A DNA stretch of 63,281 nt, counting the filler, from Choristocarpus tenellus KU-1152 (Eukaryota; Protista; Phaeophyceae), in assembly GCA_964200185.2 (NCBI GenBank). It is 11 parts of 11 records of this genome, joined end to end, with 100 filler letters (N's around TTAATTAATTAA, not from the genome) between each part and the next. Parts side by side here need not be neighbours in the genome. Positions count along the whole stretch, not along the records: positions 49,355 to 52,306 come from CAXNAD020023412.1; positions 52,407 to 57,472 come from CAXNAD020011986.1; positions 57,573 to 60,469 come from CAXNAD020023824.1; positions 60,570 to 63,281 come from CAXNAD020025394.1; 7 more parts are not named here. The stretch is one strand, 5' to 3'. Made by a program: the position numbers and the translations under genes. Below are positions 49,700 to 63,145 of this stretch, in pieces. The notes under the pieces were generated by a model that did not search any database, had not been told where the DNA came from, and worked only from the letters and a program-made list of their open reading frames with translations. Position 1 is the stretch's first letter. Each line of letters opens with the position of its first letter.

Positions 49700-52217
49700 G
49701 AAGGGGAGAAAAGTTAAATGGAAACTAATGGAAGGGAAAGGATAGGAGCAGAGTTCAGTAAGTAAGAAGGCTGAGAATCAGGGGTATAGGACGAGGAGGA
49801 GAGACCAAGGCAACCTCCGACCAAGCTCTCGTAACCAAGAGTATGGCGGACAGGAGAGAGAACAAAAATGATAGGAATGAGATGATGTGGGAAGAATTGG
49901 TGGGAAACGACGGGAAGGAACGGGGGAAGGAAGAAAAACAAATGAGAGAAGGTTGGGCGGAAGAAAAGGGATGGAAGGAAAAGGAAGATGAGGTGGGAAC
50001 AATGGCGTTGCAGAGGATGCAATCACAGATCGAGAAGGCGCAACGCGAAATAGGATTCCTCTCAAGGGGGGAGGGAGAGAGAAAAGGAGTGGAGGAAGAA
50101 GAAGAAGAACTACAGAACAGGAGTGAAAGCGATCACAGCCAAGCCTAAGTAAGTCCAAAGCAACGAGATGAGAAAGTTAATCGAGAGAATGGAATGTATG
50201 ATGGAGATCTTGCAAGAATTATGTCGTACACAAAAACCAGAAAAGGGGGGGGAAGACAGAGGGATGGGAGGGGGAGCCAGATCGACAGTGGAGAGAGGTT
50301 CGATATCATCATCATGGCAGAGAAGTTTAAAGAGAGGTCATTTTTCAAGCGTGGAGCAGGGTGGAGGTGAGGAAGTACTTCGTACTCCTCGGATTCATTC
50401 CCTTGTTTATCAAAACGGGGAATGCCAGAGCAACGAAGTACGAGCTACAACGGATAGTGGAGGAGACAACCAATGTGACAGAAGAGGTTAGGAGACAGCT
50501 AGAAAACATGGCAGCCTTTACGATCAAGGACTACATACCAAGGGGGGAACTGGGGAGGAAAACATTCAAGGGGGACTACGAATTGCCAGACAAGTTCGAC
50601 TGTTTCGTGGCTGCAATGGTGAGTTGGAATCAAGGGCAGAGGAGGACAGCAAGAGTGATAGAGGATTTGGGAGCGGCCAGGTCCAAGGTACGAATGTTTT
50701 TTGGGGCCAATAAACCCATGCTGTTAGAGAGTCCCAGGATTGTTGAACTGATTTCCAGAGCAGTAGGGGAGGATCTTCAGTGTTGGGAGAAGCAATTAGC
50801 AGCAGCGGCAGATATAATAGGGAACAAGAGCCAAGGTATCTTGGAGGGTAGAGCTGCGTCCATTTGGGGGCCAAAATCCAATGTTGCGATTTCGATGTAA
50901 TTTTGGCTATCGCGTTTGTTAAGAAGTCTCAATATCCTTATTCCGGACACACCTTTTCATAACGTGTACATTTTACCTACTCCGAATTTTTTCAAGTAGG
51001 AAAATATAATAAGAATCCCAAGGGAAGCCAAGCCCCAAATGGACAAACAGGGCAAAATTCGTACCCTCTAAGATACTTTCACTCACAAGTTTAACGCCCC
51101 ACCAACCCGTGAAACGCGGATACCACTCCCCCCGAGCCCTCGTTTCCCATGCTTAGAGACAACGTTGGGTCAGGCCAAGAATATGCTACCTGCCCTATAC
51201 AGCCTGAGTCCCTCTCCCGGTCAATGAAGAGGGCGCGGGCATGGGGGGAGATAAGAGTGTCAAAGTCCTCCAGACCAGACGAGAGAAATAAGGCTGGAGT
51301 TTCGAAAAGGGGGGGGAGGACATACAACCCGTGCTTTGCGTGGAAGGCAGGACAGGAACGCGATTTCCTAAAAGGGAATGAATACTGCAAATACGACCAC
51401 TTCCAAGAAGAAGAAGAAAAGGGAAAGGAAGACCAGAAGGATGCGAAGTCTACAAAGAAAGACCCACGAAGATGCGGGCCCACCCCCCCAAGGGGTGGGC
51501 CGGCAGAACGAGACCAATGGATGTCAGCACTACCACAACAAAGGCAGGGGACGCCAGGGATTCCAACACCAGGGTCAATACGCCGAACAATAAAATGTAG
51601 AAGGGGAAGGGAAGGGGGAAAGACTGATGAGTTTGAAGATTGGTTGAGGGCATCGGAAAACTGGAAAGGAGAAAAGGATTGGGTAAGGTTAGTGAAGGGA
51701 TTGAATGACTTGGAGTTGAAGGGGGAATCATTACTAGGAGAGTGCAGGGGGGATTTGGGAACGCTAGTGGATAGGTTGGGGAAAGGTAGAGTCCAAAACG
51801 GTTGAATTGGGGGAAGATTGATAACAATTTTGGGAAAAAAGGTTGGATATCCACCGATAGATAAACTTCAGCAGGTAGTAGAAAGGGGAGTACCAGTGTG
51901 CGTTGATGGAACAGGCAGAGGTGAGGAGAGATTAGAATATGGGAACCACAAGAGTGCAAGAAGCAGAAATAGGACCCTCCTAGAAAGAGTAGTCAGTGAT
52001 GTGACCCAGGGTAGAGCATTAGTGTTTCCAAAAGGGATATGGGGGAAGATTCCAGGATGGCAAATGTCCCCTGTTGGAGTAATCCAAGAACCTACGAAAG
52101 TAAGGATCATTCATGATCTGTCGTGTGAGCGAGAGAGTCGGGGGCCGAGTGTGAATGAGAAAACAGATTTGACAGACCCCCCCCCGGTACATTGTGGGAC
52201 AGTTCTAGAAGACATGA
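49700..52217 (+). mobile_element. DIRS/Ngaro-like (tyrosine recombinase) retrotransposon: gag-like region and start of the reverse transcriptase
   Basis: Purine-rich coiled-coil gag-like ORFs and a Cys/His motif (CFAWKAG...YCKYDH) are followed by YGNHKSA...DVTQGRALVF...SPVGVIQEPTKVRIIHDLS, the DIRS-type RT N-terminal motif. Two MITEs interrupt it. The recombinase is not on this contig. Confidence 0.8.
50828..51084. mobile_element. MITE family A (257 bp) with perfect 4-bp target duplication ACAA
   Basis: acaa|gagccaaggtatcttggagggta ... taccctctaagatactttcactc|acaa. Confidence 0.92.
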
Positions 52218-52306
52218 GGGTCAAAGTATCTGGGGGGGGGAGGCGGCTGTCCATTAGGGTTCAATTGTTTCATGTCGCGATTTTTGGGTGATATGGTTGC
52301 ATACGT
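52218..52306. mobile_element. MITE family B inserted in the DIRS RT, cut at contig end
   Basis: gggtcaaagtatctggggg...ttcatgtcgcgatttttgggtgatatggttgcata matches 5604-5690. Confidence 0.88.
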
Positions 52307-52968
52307 NNNNNNNNNNNNNNNNNNNNNNNNNNNNNNNNNNNNNNNNNNNNTTAATTAATTAANNNNNNNNNNNNNNNNNNNNNNNNNNNNNNNNNNNNNN
52401 NNNNNNCCCCCCTCCCCACTCAGCGCCTCAAAGTGTATCATACACTAATAAGCGCTTGCGCACACACCTACACACCTACACAACAGGTGTCAATCTTGTT
52501 CAACCATGAGGTACCGCCTCTCGAATCGGCAACCCCAGAACCTCACCGTGCAAAGGACCGGGTACAAGCACGAAAAAAGGTCGGTCCTAGCATACAGAGG
52601 GACCGGCCGCATCCCCCATCTCGCCACACGTTCGTTGAGTGTTCTGGATCGCATCCTTACTGCACCGGCTATATTCTATCGCCTGTATTTCGGTAGTGTC
52701 ATTCATGCACTTTTTTTTCATTTTTCTTGATTGGTCACAGAGTTGATGCGTATACTACAAATTGCTACACTAGATCTACGTGGAGATGGATGAGGGGCAA
52801 TGAACAGTCACTGCTACTGCAGATTCATCGGCATTGGACTTGACCTAAATCACTGACATCTTTCCAAACTTTTTTTTTCTTGGTTGTGTGTTGCTCATGT
52901 TTTTTCTTACATAGAGATTTTTTTTTAATCTCTTATCTTGTGCCGGAAGCACACCGTGTCCTCTTCAG

Positions 52969-54441
52969 GAGACAGGACCAACCAGCCCCTCTAGATACGC
53001 ATTTTGATTTTGCAGATATGACCGTGGGCAGAAGACTTGCTCTCACAAAACACAAACGCGAGTGTGACTCATGAGAACAAAAGTGCATATCAATCAATAC
53101 TCACACGACAAGAACTGAATTTCTAGTAGTACACATTTTTCTTTTTTTTTCATGCGCCTGCACTTCAAAAGCACGCAACATGTGCGACATCTCCATCACT
53201 GTTGGTGCAAGAAACGGATGCCAGCCCAGAAAACAAACAAATATATATATGTATATATAGAGAGAGAGAGAGAGATTTTTACTACCCCTGCATTGCATTT
53301 CAGCATAGTGGCGTTCTTCACTCTCTCCCAAGGGCTCCTCGCTAACTGCAGCAATGTGGACTTGTTGCATCGGATGCAGCGCCTGCGCCGCCTAATGTTC
53401 AGTGACCAGTTCCACGTGCTGTTTGACACGGTGGTTTCTGGGGGGGACGGAGGTGAGGGGGGCAAGAGCAGCAACGCCAGAACGGACCTGTGGGTCAACC
53501 GGCCTCATCCAAGGCTCAATGACCCCGAGGACCATGCTGGAGATCAACTTCGCCGTGGTCAGGCAAGAGCTGTGATGCCGAAGAGTTGTATAAATGTCAA
53601 CGGAATATGTACTTACAGCAACGAAATATATTGCAAAAACGACAACGGGAGTTGTTGGGATACATTTGTGCGGGCTAGGGCGGTTGGGGGATGTTGTGGG
53701 GCGAGTGCACACTATTAAATGTCCTATGCAGCGTTGTGTGGACTATCTTGCAATCGGTGAAAATATTGAGGTGCTGGGGGTGGTGAGTAAAGGAGCCAAA
53801 GGGAGGAAGGCGGTGATGGAAGGTGAGAAGAGGAAGCACAGGTGCGTGCGAGCTCACTCACTTGATCGTTTGGACAAAACAATCACGTTCACACAACTAG
53901 AAAAAATGTGTCAAATGTAGGGTACAAGGCAGGGAAGGCTCTTATAGGGTACAAGTGGAATAAATCAAACGATTACTACACGAGCGATTCGATGCCGACA
54001 GGAAACAAGGATACCCGCGCTTTGTGTCAACCCACACAAAAACATGAAACAAGGATACCCGCGCTTTGTGTCAACCCACACAAAAACATGAAACCCACTT
54101 CCCCACAAAACACACTTTGCTTCATCAAGAGTGTGGAGGGATGGGATCCTGTTAACCCCCTAGCCAAAGTCCCCATGGAGATCACCAAGGGGGGTTTGTG
54201 GCCACGCTGGGGAGGTGTAAGGCAAGGCCGCCTCATGGGACGGGTTAACATGAGAGACACAACAGGTCTGCAGCATGTCCTCCTTCGCCTTACACAGGTA
54301 CGAGTTTTCGAAAACCCTGGGCCTCCAATTGTGTGTGGAGTTTGTGAGGTGCTGTCCTTGAGCAGAGACATGTTTTGTGTTGTGTGCGATTTTTCTTCTT
54401 AGCCGTGGGGCAGTGCATTTTCGAAGGCTCCACATCACAAG
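52969..54441 (+). CDS. Internal exons of an unidentified protein-coding gene
   Basis: Candidate exons 52969-53057, 53333-53562, 53732-53841 and 54403-54441 each follow a pyrimidine tract plus AG and join in phase. They read RRQDQPAPLDTHFDFADMTVGRRLALTKHKRLLANCSNVDLLHRMQRLRRLMFSDQFHVLFD...GQRCVDYLAIGENIEVLGVVSKG.... No family recognised. Confidence 0.55.
54002..54094. repeat. Exact 44-bp tandem duplication
   Basis: gaaacaaggatacccgcgctttgtgtcaacccacacaaaaacat occurs twice back to back. Confidence 0.95.
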
Positions 54442-54576
54442 GTGTTGAGGTGTCTCACTGTCTGGTAGATGGCTTTCCGTCAAGCCATTGAGATGAACAA
54501 ATAGCGATGCCTTTGAAGTACACATTTATTGAAGCAAGTAGCTTCTGGGTATCTACCACTTCAGAGGTGTTGTAAG

Positions 54577-54848
54577 GCCCAAAGCATGTCAGAGGGTAGG
54601 GGTTTTGCCCTGTTTCTCCGCTCGGGGCTTGGCTTTCCCACGGGTTCTGTATGCCCTTCATCGGTTTTCTGTGTGAAGATTTCGGATTTCGGATTAGGTA
54701 AAATGTGTACCACTATGAAACATGTGTCCGGAGCAAGGATATTGGCCTCTAGTAGTAACAAAGACGATAGCCAAAATGAATCAAAACCGCAACATTGAAC
54801 TTATGACTCCGAACGGACGTGTCCCTACCCTCTTAGATTATTTGACTC
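54577..54848. mobile_element. MITE family A, diverged copy in reverse orientation, flanked by TAAG
   Basis: taag|gcccaaagcatgtcagagggtagggg ... ccctaccctcttagattatttgactc|taag. Confidence 0.8.
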
Positions 54849-57572
54849 TAAGCCAATGGGCAACCTCAATCTCCTGTTACTCCTTGGCAGATACATACAT
54901 GCATGCATACATACATTGAAAGGGGCAGGGGGTGTCCGAAGGAAAAGGCATTGTATTTGGATTCATCAGACTGGCTCAGTGTTACATACAGTGTTTCGTA
55001 CTGAAGAATGCAGTCGGGGGGGGTTTCCGTTACATCTCCCCCTACCCCCATTGTTCTCGTGATAAAGTATTGATGTAAATATTAATAATTTAACCCTTTG
55101 TATTATCGATACAGGTATATCTTGGCATGTATATGAACATTCTACCATTTTTGTGTACACATAATCCAACGTAGCTGAAGAGCAGCAACAATCAAGTCGA
55201 AATTTTCTTCGTGTGTTGGGCGTCAAGTCAGGCAGAGTACATGCAGCCGGTGAATACTCCTTCGGCTTGATCTGTCCACCTCGTTTCATTGGTGAATTAA
55301 ACATACCCCATGAGAAACCACAAAGCAATACCTGACGGAGCCATTTTGATTCAACTGAGGCGGGTAAATCTTGTCAGATCATATGAAAACGTGCTGGATT
55401 CTTTTTCTCCAACAGCACAGTTTTAGCATCTCTGCGCCAAAATATACCCTTGTCTAAGTCCAATGAAACTTTGTTCTATAGGAGCTTCCGTAGATGCAGG
55501 TTTTTTTCAATTGCTGCACTTGCCTCGTGGGAAGCAAAGGCATATTCCCTCCACAACATCCACCTCTCCTTTCTGCCAAATGCCAAACAGCATTCTATGG
55601 GCACAACCTAGCTTCTACCTCTCCCTGGGTGTGACTTTGATCAGCCCCAGACAAGCTGTTCACCACAAATGCATGCGCATCCACACACCATTAAAGGACG
55701 TGTGTTCTGGAGTTGTCTAGCTGGGTGATAGCAATGGCAATTGCGTATGTTTGAAGACATTGAAAGGCTGAGGGGGTAGAGAGTACCAATGTAGGAACGC
55801 TAACCAGGAAATGCATCCCTATTTAACCGAATGGGAAGTAGATGCAATTTTGTTCGTGTGAATGTTGCGGTTTCATTTTTTGTCCACTCTACACCCTCCG
55901 TACATATTTCTACTTGTGTGCATTCTCATTGCCATCACGGTTACTCCTTTACGTCTTGATTAAACATAGTTTTCTTCTCATCGCTACTTGTCTCTGTGAC
56001 TACAATCATCATGTTTCCATGCCTCCATTACAAGTACTCTCTACCGTGATATACTCATCCCCGATAGAGGGTTTTCGGATCTATTGTGCTATTGTTGTCG
56101 CTGCCAAATGGTTCATTCAGTGATTGACATCGCAAATACGAGTATAACTGCAGTGTGTGGCAATACAGCACTTTGAGTTAGCCTCATCCGCTCTCCACTC
56201 TTCAAAAACAAAAAACAGGAAAATCTGTCAGGTTCAAATATTTTCATAGCTTGTGACAGCCAAGGAGGAAAAGCCCGGGTGGTTTTCCGCTGGGAAGGGT
56301 GGACACAAAAAAGGGTGTGTGAGGGGGACTGAGGTCATCGGGCTAAGAAAGATGGGATGGGAGTAATTCGTGGGAGGTTGGGGATAGAGAGGAGGGGGGA
56401 AAGGAGGAGAATGGGTAAATCCAAGGCTTGTAAAGCTTATGTGTGGGGGCAAGTGGGCAAGACAGGGCGGGTATGACAGGCGCTACTTTGTCGAATAGAA
56501 CAAGCTGCTTGTTGTTCTGCCAGGTGCCACGGGGACTTCTTTGTGGTGCCATTTCACAATGTCTGGACTGTGTAGGGAAATGAGATCTCTTGAGGAGGCA
56601 TAGGGGACTTAACACGATGGAACGTTTTTCGTTGCACTGCAGTACCAGCAAGCGTTAGTTGCTGGACCTTAGAAATGTTAAGTGTGGTGAATTCAACATA
56701 TAGCCTTGGTGTCAATGCACACACTTCTTGCATCACTGTTGTAGATATGGATAGGGCTTAAGATTGGAGGTTGTAGAAGGAGGAAGTCCCCCAGCCAGCT
56801 ATCTGGGAGCTTGATCCTATCCACTTCATGCCTGTACCTAAATCAAGCTCCCATCTTAAGCAGGTATTGATATTTCGCTCACTCCACCCTCTTTTCACTC
56901 AGCTCCGCTCTCTACATGAACCTCAAATGTCAAGGTATGTCTCCATGCTGAGTTTGCCAACTACAGCGGCGAGCCTATGGGGGAGGGTCAACAGCTGGAC
57001 ATAGTAGCCCATGAGACCATCCACTACCTTCCTCCTGGCACATACAAGTATTACTTCTCAGTGGCAGGTGGACGAAGGTATTGTCGCAGTGTGTTGTGCC
57101 TAGCACCAGCTTATTGTTGCTCCTCTCTGTCTGGGACGTAAATAGCTAGCTGAATCTTGCGTAAAACCTCTCAGACATCATTCAGACATGATATTCTGGC
57201 CTACCCCTTCCTTGTGCCCCGTCCCTTTGGGGAATACATATATATATATATATATATGTTCTCCCTTTTGAGGTGTTGTGAACATACACATAACCAATAC
57301 CAACCAATTTGTCCACCATAAAGGATGTCCTGCTTTTGTACATGATGCAGTTGCTGGTAGGGAGAAGGGGGTTACAAATCTCTCACAACCCACATGATTC
57401 TGCCACTGTGACCAAAAGCTGTTTTGAATAGTATAGCACCAATCAAGATTAGAGTCAGTATTCTCATATACTNNNNNNNNNNNNNNNNNNNNNNNNNNNN
57501 NNNNNNNNNNNNNNNNTTAATTAATTAANNNNNNNNNNNNNNNNNNNNNNNNNNNNNNNNNNNNNNNNNNNN

Positions 57573-60469
57573 CCCCCACTACCCCCTCCCCCTCCACAGA
57601 AAGCCTAGGCCACCAACCACCACATCCACGTCTACCTTGGGGGGTCCATACTCCAAGTGTAGCATCTGCCCTTGACCAAGTCCAGATGGAGATCCTGGAG
57701 CGGGTAAACATCACCACGGCGAAGAAGGTCCCAGACAGGCTTCGCACCGCCCATGCAATCGCCCTTATGCAAACAGTCGATCTCCTGACACACAAGGTAA
57801 CTGGCTGGAAAGGGGGACACCAACATTAGGGGCCAATAGAGCATCCAAGCTTTCCACATGATCTCAGGCCTTTTACTGGCAAATGATGGAAAGTTCTCGA
57901 GGGAGGAAAGTTTGCCCGGGTAGCTTCAGGGAACATCCAAGAGCTAGTCACATGGCTACTAGAACGATCCCAGAGGACCAATAGACGCAGGGAGTCCCCT
58001 GGAGAGGACCCTAAATCCCGCCAGGAACGTGTTGCAGCTCTGGGTCACCACCATGGAGGAATCTCCAAGGGAGCGAGTGTACTCCTAGTGCAACCCAGGG
58101 CCCCAGGGACGGAGGAGACTTTCAGTGTACTGGTCCCTAAACACCCGAGCGAGGACCAGGACGAGCTAAGGCAGGCCATCACAGAAGCGACGGACAGGGT
58201 ACAAGGGAATGCAGGATCTGGGGAACAAAGGTACTGCCCCCCTGAAGAGGAGTACACCCCCACACCTCCCATCGAAAAGACTTCTTGAAGGCTAACAGCA
58301 ACTCGCACCAGGCCCTGACGGGATGCGCCCAAGCCACATCAGATCAGCCATCACCACAGATGTTGGTCACGAGGAAGTGGCAGAGACGTTTGCAAAGCTA
58401 TGGGAGCTAGCCTACACCTCCCCGGACGCCCACCCCTAGAGTTCTGGACGCTCCACACCAACTCCAGACTATCCGCTATTGGGGAGGAGAAGTGTAGCCC
58501 AGTCGCCTGTGGTTCTTTTTTTAGGAGGGCATGTGCTTCAGCTTTCTGCACAGACTGGCGCCCCTACCTTGAGGAATTTTTCGGGGGAGTAGGACAATTC
58601 GGTGTCGGGGTCCCAAATGACATTGAACGTGCACTCCTGGATATATCCGCCTGAGGAATGATTGCGGAGAATGGGTCATCAATCTAGACAGAAGGAATGC
58701 TTTTAACAGCGTATGCTGCTCAGCCTTCATCCAGGCCCTCCCAGAGACCCCACCAGGCCTCCTACCTTACGTTTCCAAGGTATATGGGAATACAAGGAAC
58801 CTTCTTTTCCCCCTAGATGAAGGAGGGACAAAGATTCTACCATCGAGATCTGGGGTCCAACAGGGAGACCCACTAGGCCCCCTCTTATATTGCATGGCAA
58901 CACACAAGGCCTTGCAACAGGGGCAATCAGTCTTCGGACCCCAAGTGATTTCCTCCCGGAGCTATCTGGATGACACATCCAAAAGGGGGATCAACCCTAT
59001 TACCATAGCTGCTTTCGAGCAGTTAAAAACCAATCTCCAGGAGGTAGGCATCAATCTAAACATGGACGAGACATTTGGCGCACCTCCCCAGGGCCACCAA
59101 CCCACGCCCTCGGATCTAGGACTCCTTTCCACGACAGGAATCAACCTAGCCCCGAACCCCAGTGGTTTTGTCACTCTAGGGGTTCCAGTAGGAACAGATG
59201 ATTTCATTCGAGCTCACATGGCGGAGGTGATAGAGAGCTCTGGGACACGAGCTTTAGCCACATACCTCAGCGAGATGGAGGACAAGCAGGTGGCCTGGCT
59301 CCTCAACTCCTGGTCCCTCTCCTCCAGGCTAGGCTATCTTGTGAGGGTCACTCCCCCCCACCTGGCACGCTCCACCATGGAGCAAGTAGACAACACCTCC
59401 CTGTGGACACTAGAGAGGATAATGGAAATAGCTGATGTGACAGAGACGACAGATTTCTTTGAGGGAGGGTGCACCAATAGGTCTCTCCGCCTATATACCC
59501 ACCAAAACGTACAGGCACAGATGCCTACAAGTGCGGGGGGTCTAGACCTCTCCTCCATGAAACACCGCCAGCATGCAGCTTTTGTAGGATCACTGGTGGC
59601 TACTCTCCCCACCCTTCTAGCAAGGCAGCAAGGGTCTCATGGCGAGTTCTTCTCACAGGCCGTACGTACAAGCCCCACAATACAGGCCTTAGGAGCGTCT
59701 ATACACACTCTTCTTTCTACAGGTGTCCCCTCGGAACACCTGGCTGAAATTATTGGCCAAGACTGGGTAACTTGGGGGGGAACAGCACCACCTGCACCTG
59801 CCCCAGAGGTCCACATCCTGGCAGCTCATGACGCCAGGATCACAAGGAGGGCTCAGCATGAGATCATACGCCTCCTCCCTCAACAGGATTCGTTTTGACT
59901 CCTTCAGGACACAGCTAGCTGACCTTCCAAATGAGGCACACCAAGGGAGGAAAAGCTCTTCATTAGCCCTAGCGCGCTACCGGAGCCAGTGTGGACAAGG
60001 AGCAAACGCCTGGGCCTCGACGCAACCGCTGGAACCAGCATGCCAGATCCCCCCTCAGGAATTCAAGCTCACAGTCAGCAGATCCCTAGGGAGAGAGGAG
60101 ACCCTATCGAACAGGTGCCCAGTGGCAGGGTGCAGGAGGCAGAATGTCGATACCAGACATGCCCGCACCTGCCCCGGGGCAGGGGGACAGGTACAACAGC
60201 ACACGCCAATCGTGAAACGCCTGCACCAACTATGCAAGGAGATGGGCATCCCTTGCACTACGGAGGATGGTAGCCCTTTCACTGTGGACCGGAATCTTTG
60301 CATGGATCTGGTGTTTCACGTAGGGGCACTAGCAGATGCTGGAACTGTTCCCTACAGGGACAAAGGTCTTCTACTGGACGTCACCTTCGCAGAGGTACAG
60401 GCCACCTCCCACCTCACCAATTCATCCACCAGCAATGGTGTAGCTGCTGCTGCAGCCGAGGCGTGAAAG
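57573..60469 (+). mobile_element. CRE-type non-LTR retrotransposon with reverse transcriptase and restriction-like endonuclease; lightly degraded
   Basis: Motifs in order: GPDG, SPVACGSFFRRA, QFGVGVP, LDRRNAFNS, GVQQGDPLGPLL, SYLDDT, LGVPVGTDDF, AGGL, CCHC knuckle CPVAGC-x8-H-x3-C, and the endonuclease region E...RNLCMDLV...LLDVT...GVAAAAAEA. A handful of frameshifts and stops are present. Confidence 0.9.
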
Positions 60470-63145
60470 NNNNNNNNNNNNNNNNNNNNNNNNNNNNNNN
60501 NNNNNNNNNNNNNTTAATTAATTAANNNNNNNNNNNNNNNNNNNNNNNNNNNNNNNNNNNNNNNNNNNNGATCGCTTTGATTGTACACCACTGCACCCCC
60601 ACCCCCCAAACTGCTTCCCACATGCTTTCGGTTCCCAGATGTGTACGAGTCCTTCCCTTGATCCGATCGAGAGCCATCAGGTCGACGTCTGCGGTCTCCG
60701 TTTTGTCGGTCTCCAATTACCTCCTCCTGTCGATATCGCAAAGCTCCAATCCCGGCATTTGGTGGCGGTAGCGGTGATGCTTGGGCTGCGTCCAAGTATG
60801 CACCTGGAGTATGCTGGATTGTTTCATCCTTCCTCGTTCCAGTGGATTTCCTCTCCCTTCGATCGGTCCTCGCACTCATGGTTTCCCCCTTCAACCTTCG
60901 TACCCGAAGTTACCCCCACTTCTCCTTGAGGAGTCCTCTTCTGAATCAAAGGTAGACCAGACCGAGCTCAACAATCTAAAAAAAGACTCCTGAAAGAGGG
61001 ACAGCGATTCCTTACCACGCGCTTGGTCAGTGCACGTTGAGTCGTCAACCGTGAAACGAATGAGGCGATTCAAGGTTAGCATCCACCAGTAATGTCTACC
61101 CAATCTTGATCACTCTTATCACTCACGACGCCTTCCACTGCCTTCCTACAACGCACGATACGATGCAGGTCTACAGTCTGAATCTAGTGTCTCTCTCTCT
61201 CTTCATTCCCCGTTGGTAAGTTTGTGTTGTCTGCCCTTGGAGACAACACTAAACTTTCACATTAATTTACACAACCGTACATTATATCCAACTTCGAAAA
61301 AACGACATATGCAAGGTATATTGTACTTTTTAGTGCGTTGATGAACTTTTTGATCTTCATTTTTCTTTCCGCTAAGGGTCATTTAGCATCATTTCTATTC
61401 TTTTCTGATTTGAGCCGTTACACATCGCTGCATCCTTAGAAAATATTAGTATTACAGGTTATGAAGTACTCGAAACTACGAAATATAAATAAAACCTTAC
61501 AAAATTCGAAATGTGGTTGTTTCTTGGATTTTTCGAAGAGAGTCAGAAGTATTCAAATCTGATACGAGAGTTCATGTATAAGATGAATGTTTGTGGCATC
61601 GCCCACCCTTCATTGTGGTGTTTTACTACATATTGCACTTTGCTCCAAGATACGCAAAAAATACGTCCAGATAGGCAAGGAACAGGCATTTTCCCCGGGC
61701 AGATTCGCAACAGACCTGTTTCGTGTCAATGGATCTGAATAAAGCAAAAGGGGTGAGGAAAAGAAAGAACAACGTCTTGAATGGGGTCTCTAAGAACCAA
61801 AACATGTTGGGATATGCGTTCGCATAAAAACAAATTTGGTAAATAGTTATTTCACATCTTTGGCACAATAATTGATTATATCTCTCATAATGATTTTTGA
61901 AAGAACCGATATACAAAACAAGAAGGCAAAATATTATACTACTACTACTGGTTCAAAAATCATATATATACACTTACAACAAGATGGGTTCCATCTCTCC
62001 CACAACCACCAACTACTCAAACAATTAAAGTGGATCACATCTCATTAGGGGGAAACGGACAATTCACAAACTGTTGGTTGTGCAAAGATGAAGATTGGAA
62101 ATGTTAAGGTATTTAGGTGACTCCTATTTCACCAATGAAGAGGATTCTGTTCGCAGGTTGAGTTATACCGTTGGGCGGGATGACTTACTAAGGGTGTGGA
62201 TGTGTGGGGTAGTATTAACAGTTACTTTTACATGGAAAACAGAAGGAAGACAACAAGTGGTGGATGACATGACGACCTCGAGAATCGTTTCTCTGTTATT
62301 TTGTTCGGTTTACAATAATGTAGTAGTAGCAGTAAATAGTACATAACATGAGTGAGTAAGTGTTTTGGATTAGATAGAACTATATTGAGATTGAATTCCT
62401 TTCTTTTCACCCTTCTTCAAAAAACGTTTAAACTAACATGTCGCAATGTGTCTCCACATCGATAGTCACGTCCTATCTCAAGTATATGAATTGATTGAGG
62501 GTAAAAATAGAGTAGTGGGGATTATAAATAATAATCTCTTCTGCTTGAAATACTTCCTATTTTAGATAAGACGTAGAGAACTCTATCAGATGCAAATACT
62601 AATAATACTATACTTCTATTGCAAATCTTCATTGCATCTGTACGTTCTCTCTTCATGTCCTGTCATATTAGAATTTTTCAAACAACAAAAGTATATACTC
62701 CTTCTATTGTGTAGGAATAAAAATTATTGCAACGAAATAAACACGCCCTCCAGGAACGTAGATTTGTCGTATGTGGAGGTGGGTTGAAGAGGGGAGGGAG
62801 AGGAGGAAGTATGTTTGAACTCCTTCAGCGTTTGGGGGGAGGGGTCATTTATGCTGAACTCATTGTGTTATGTGGAAATCTAACCTACATACGAACTATA
62901 CTAAAAAAAGGTATGTAGAGATTATGCTTGGACATACAGGAAGGCAGATGCATTCCTTGGTTGTACACCGAACGTACATGAGAGGCAAAATATAATTGTA
63001 TAAAACATGATAAAGTTTTATATATTTACAGGATTTCTTATTTCGTGAAAATAGTATAGGCGAGGTCGCGTGCGAGCTACATGCGATAACAGGAGCTGGT
63101 ACTGATAACGAAGCGAAGTAGGATGGTAAGGTGTAGGATGTAGAA

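Noticed and set aside
60570-62900. Possible LTR gag start (60570-61200) and pogo DDE_1 trace (PPHTT near 62780) on the minus strand
   Set aside because: No diagnostic motif set could be recovered.
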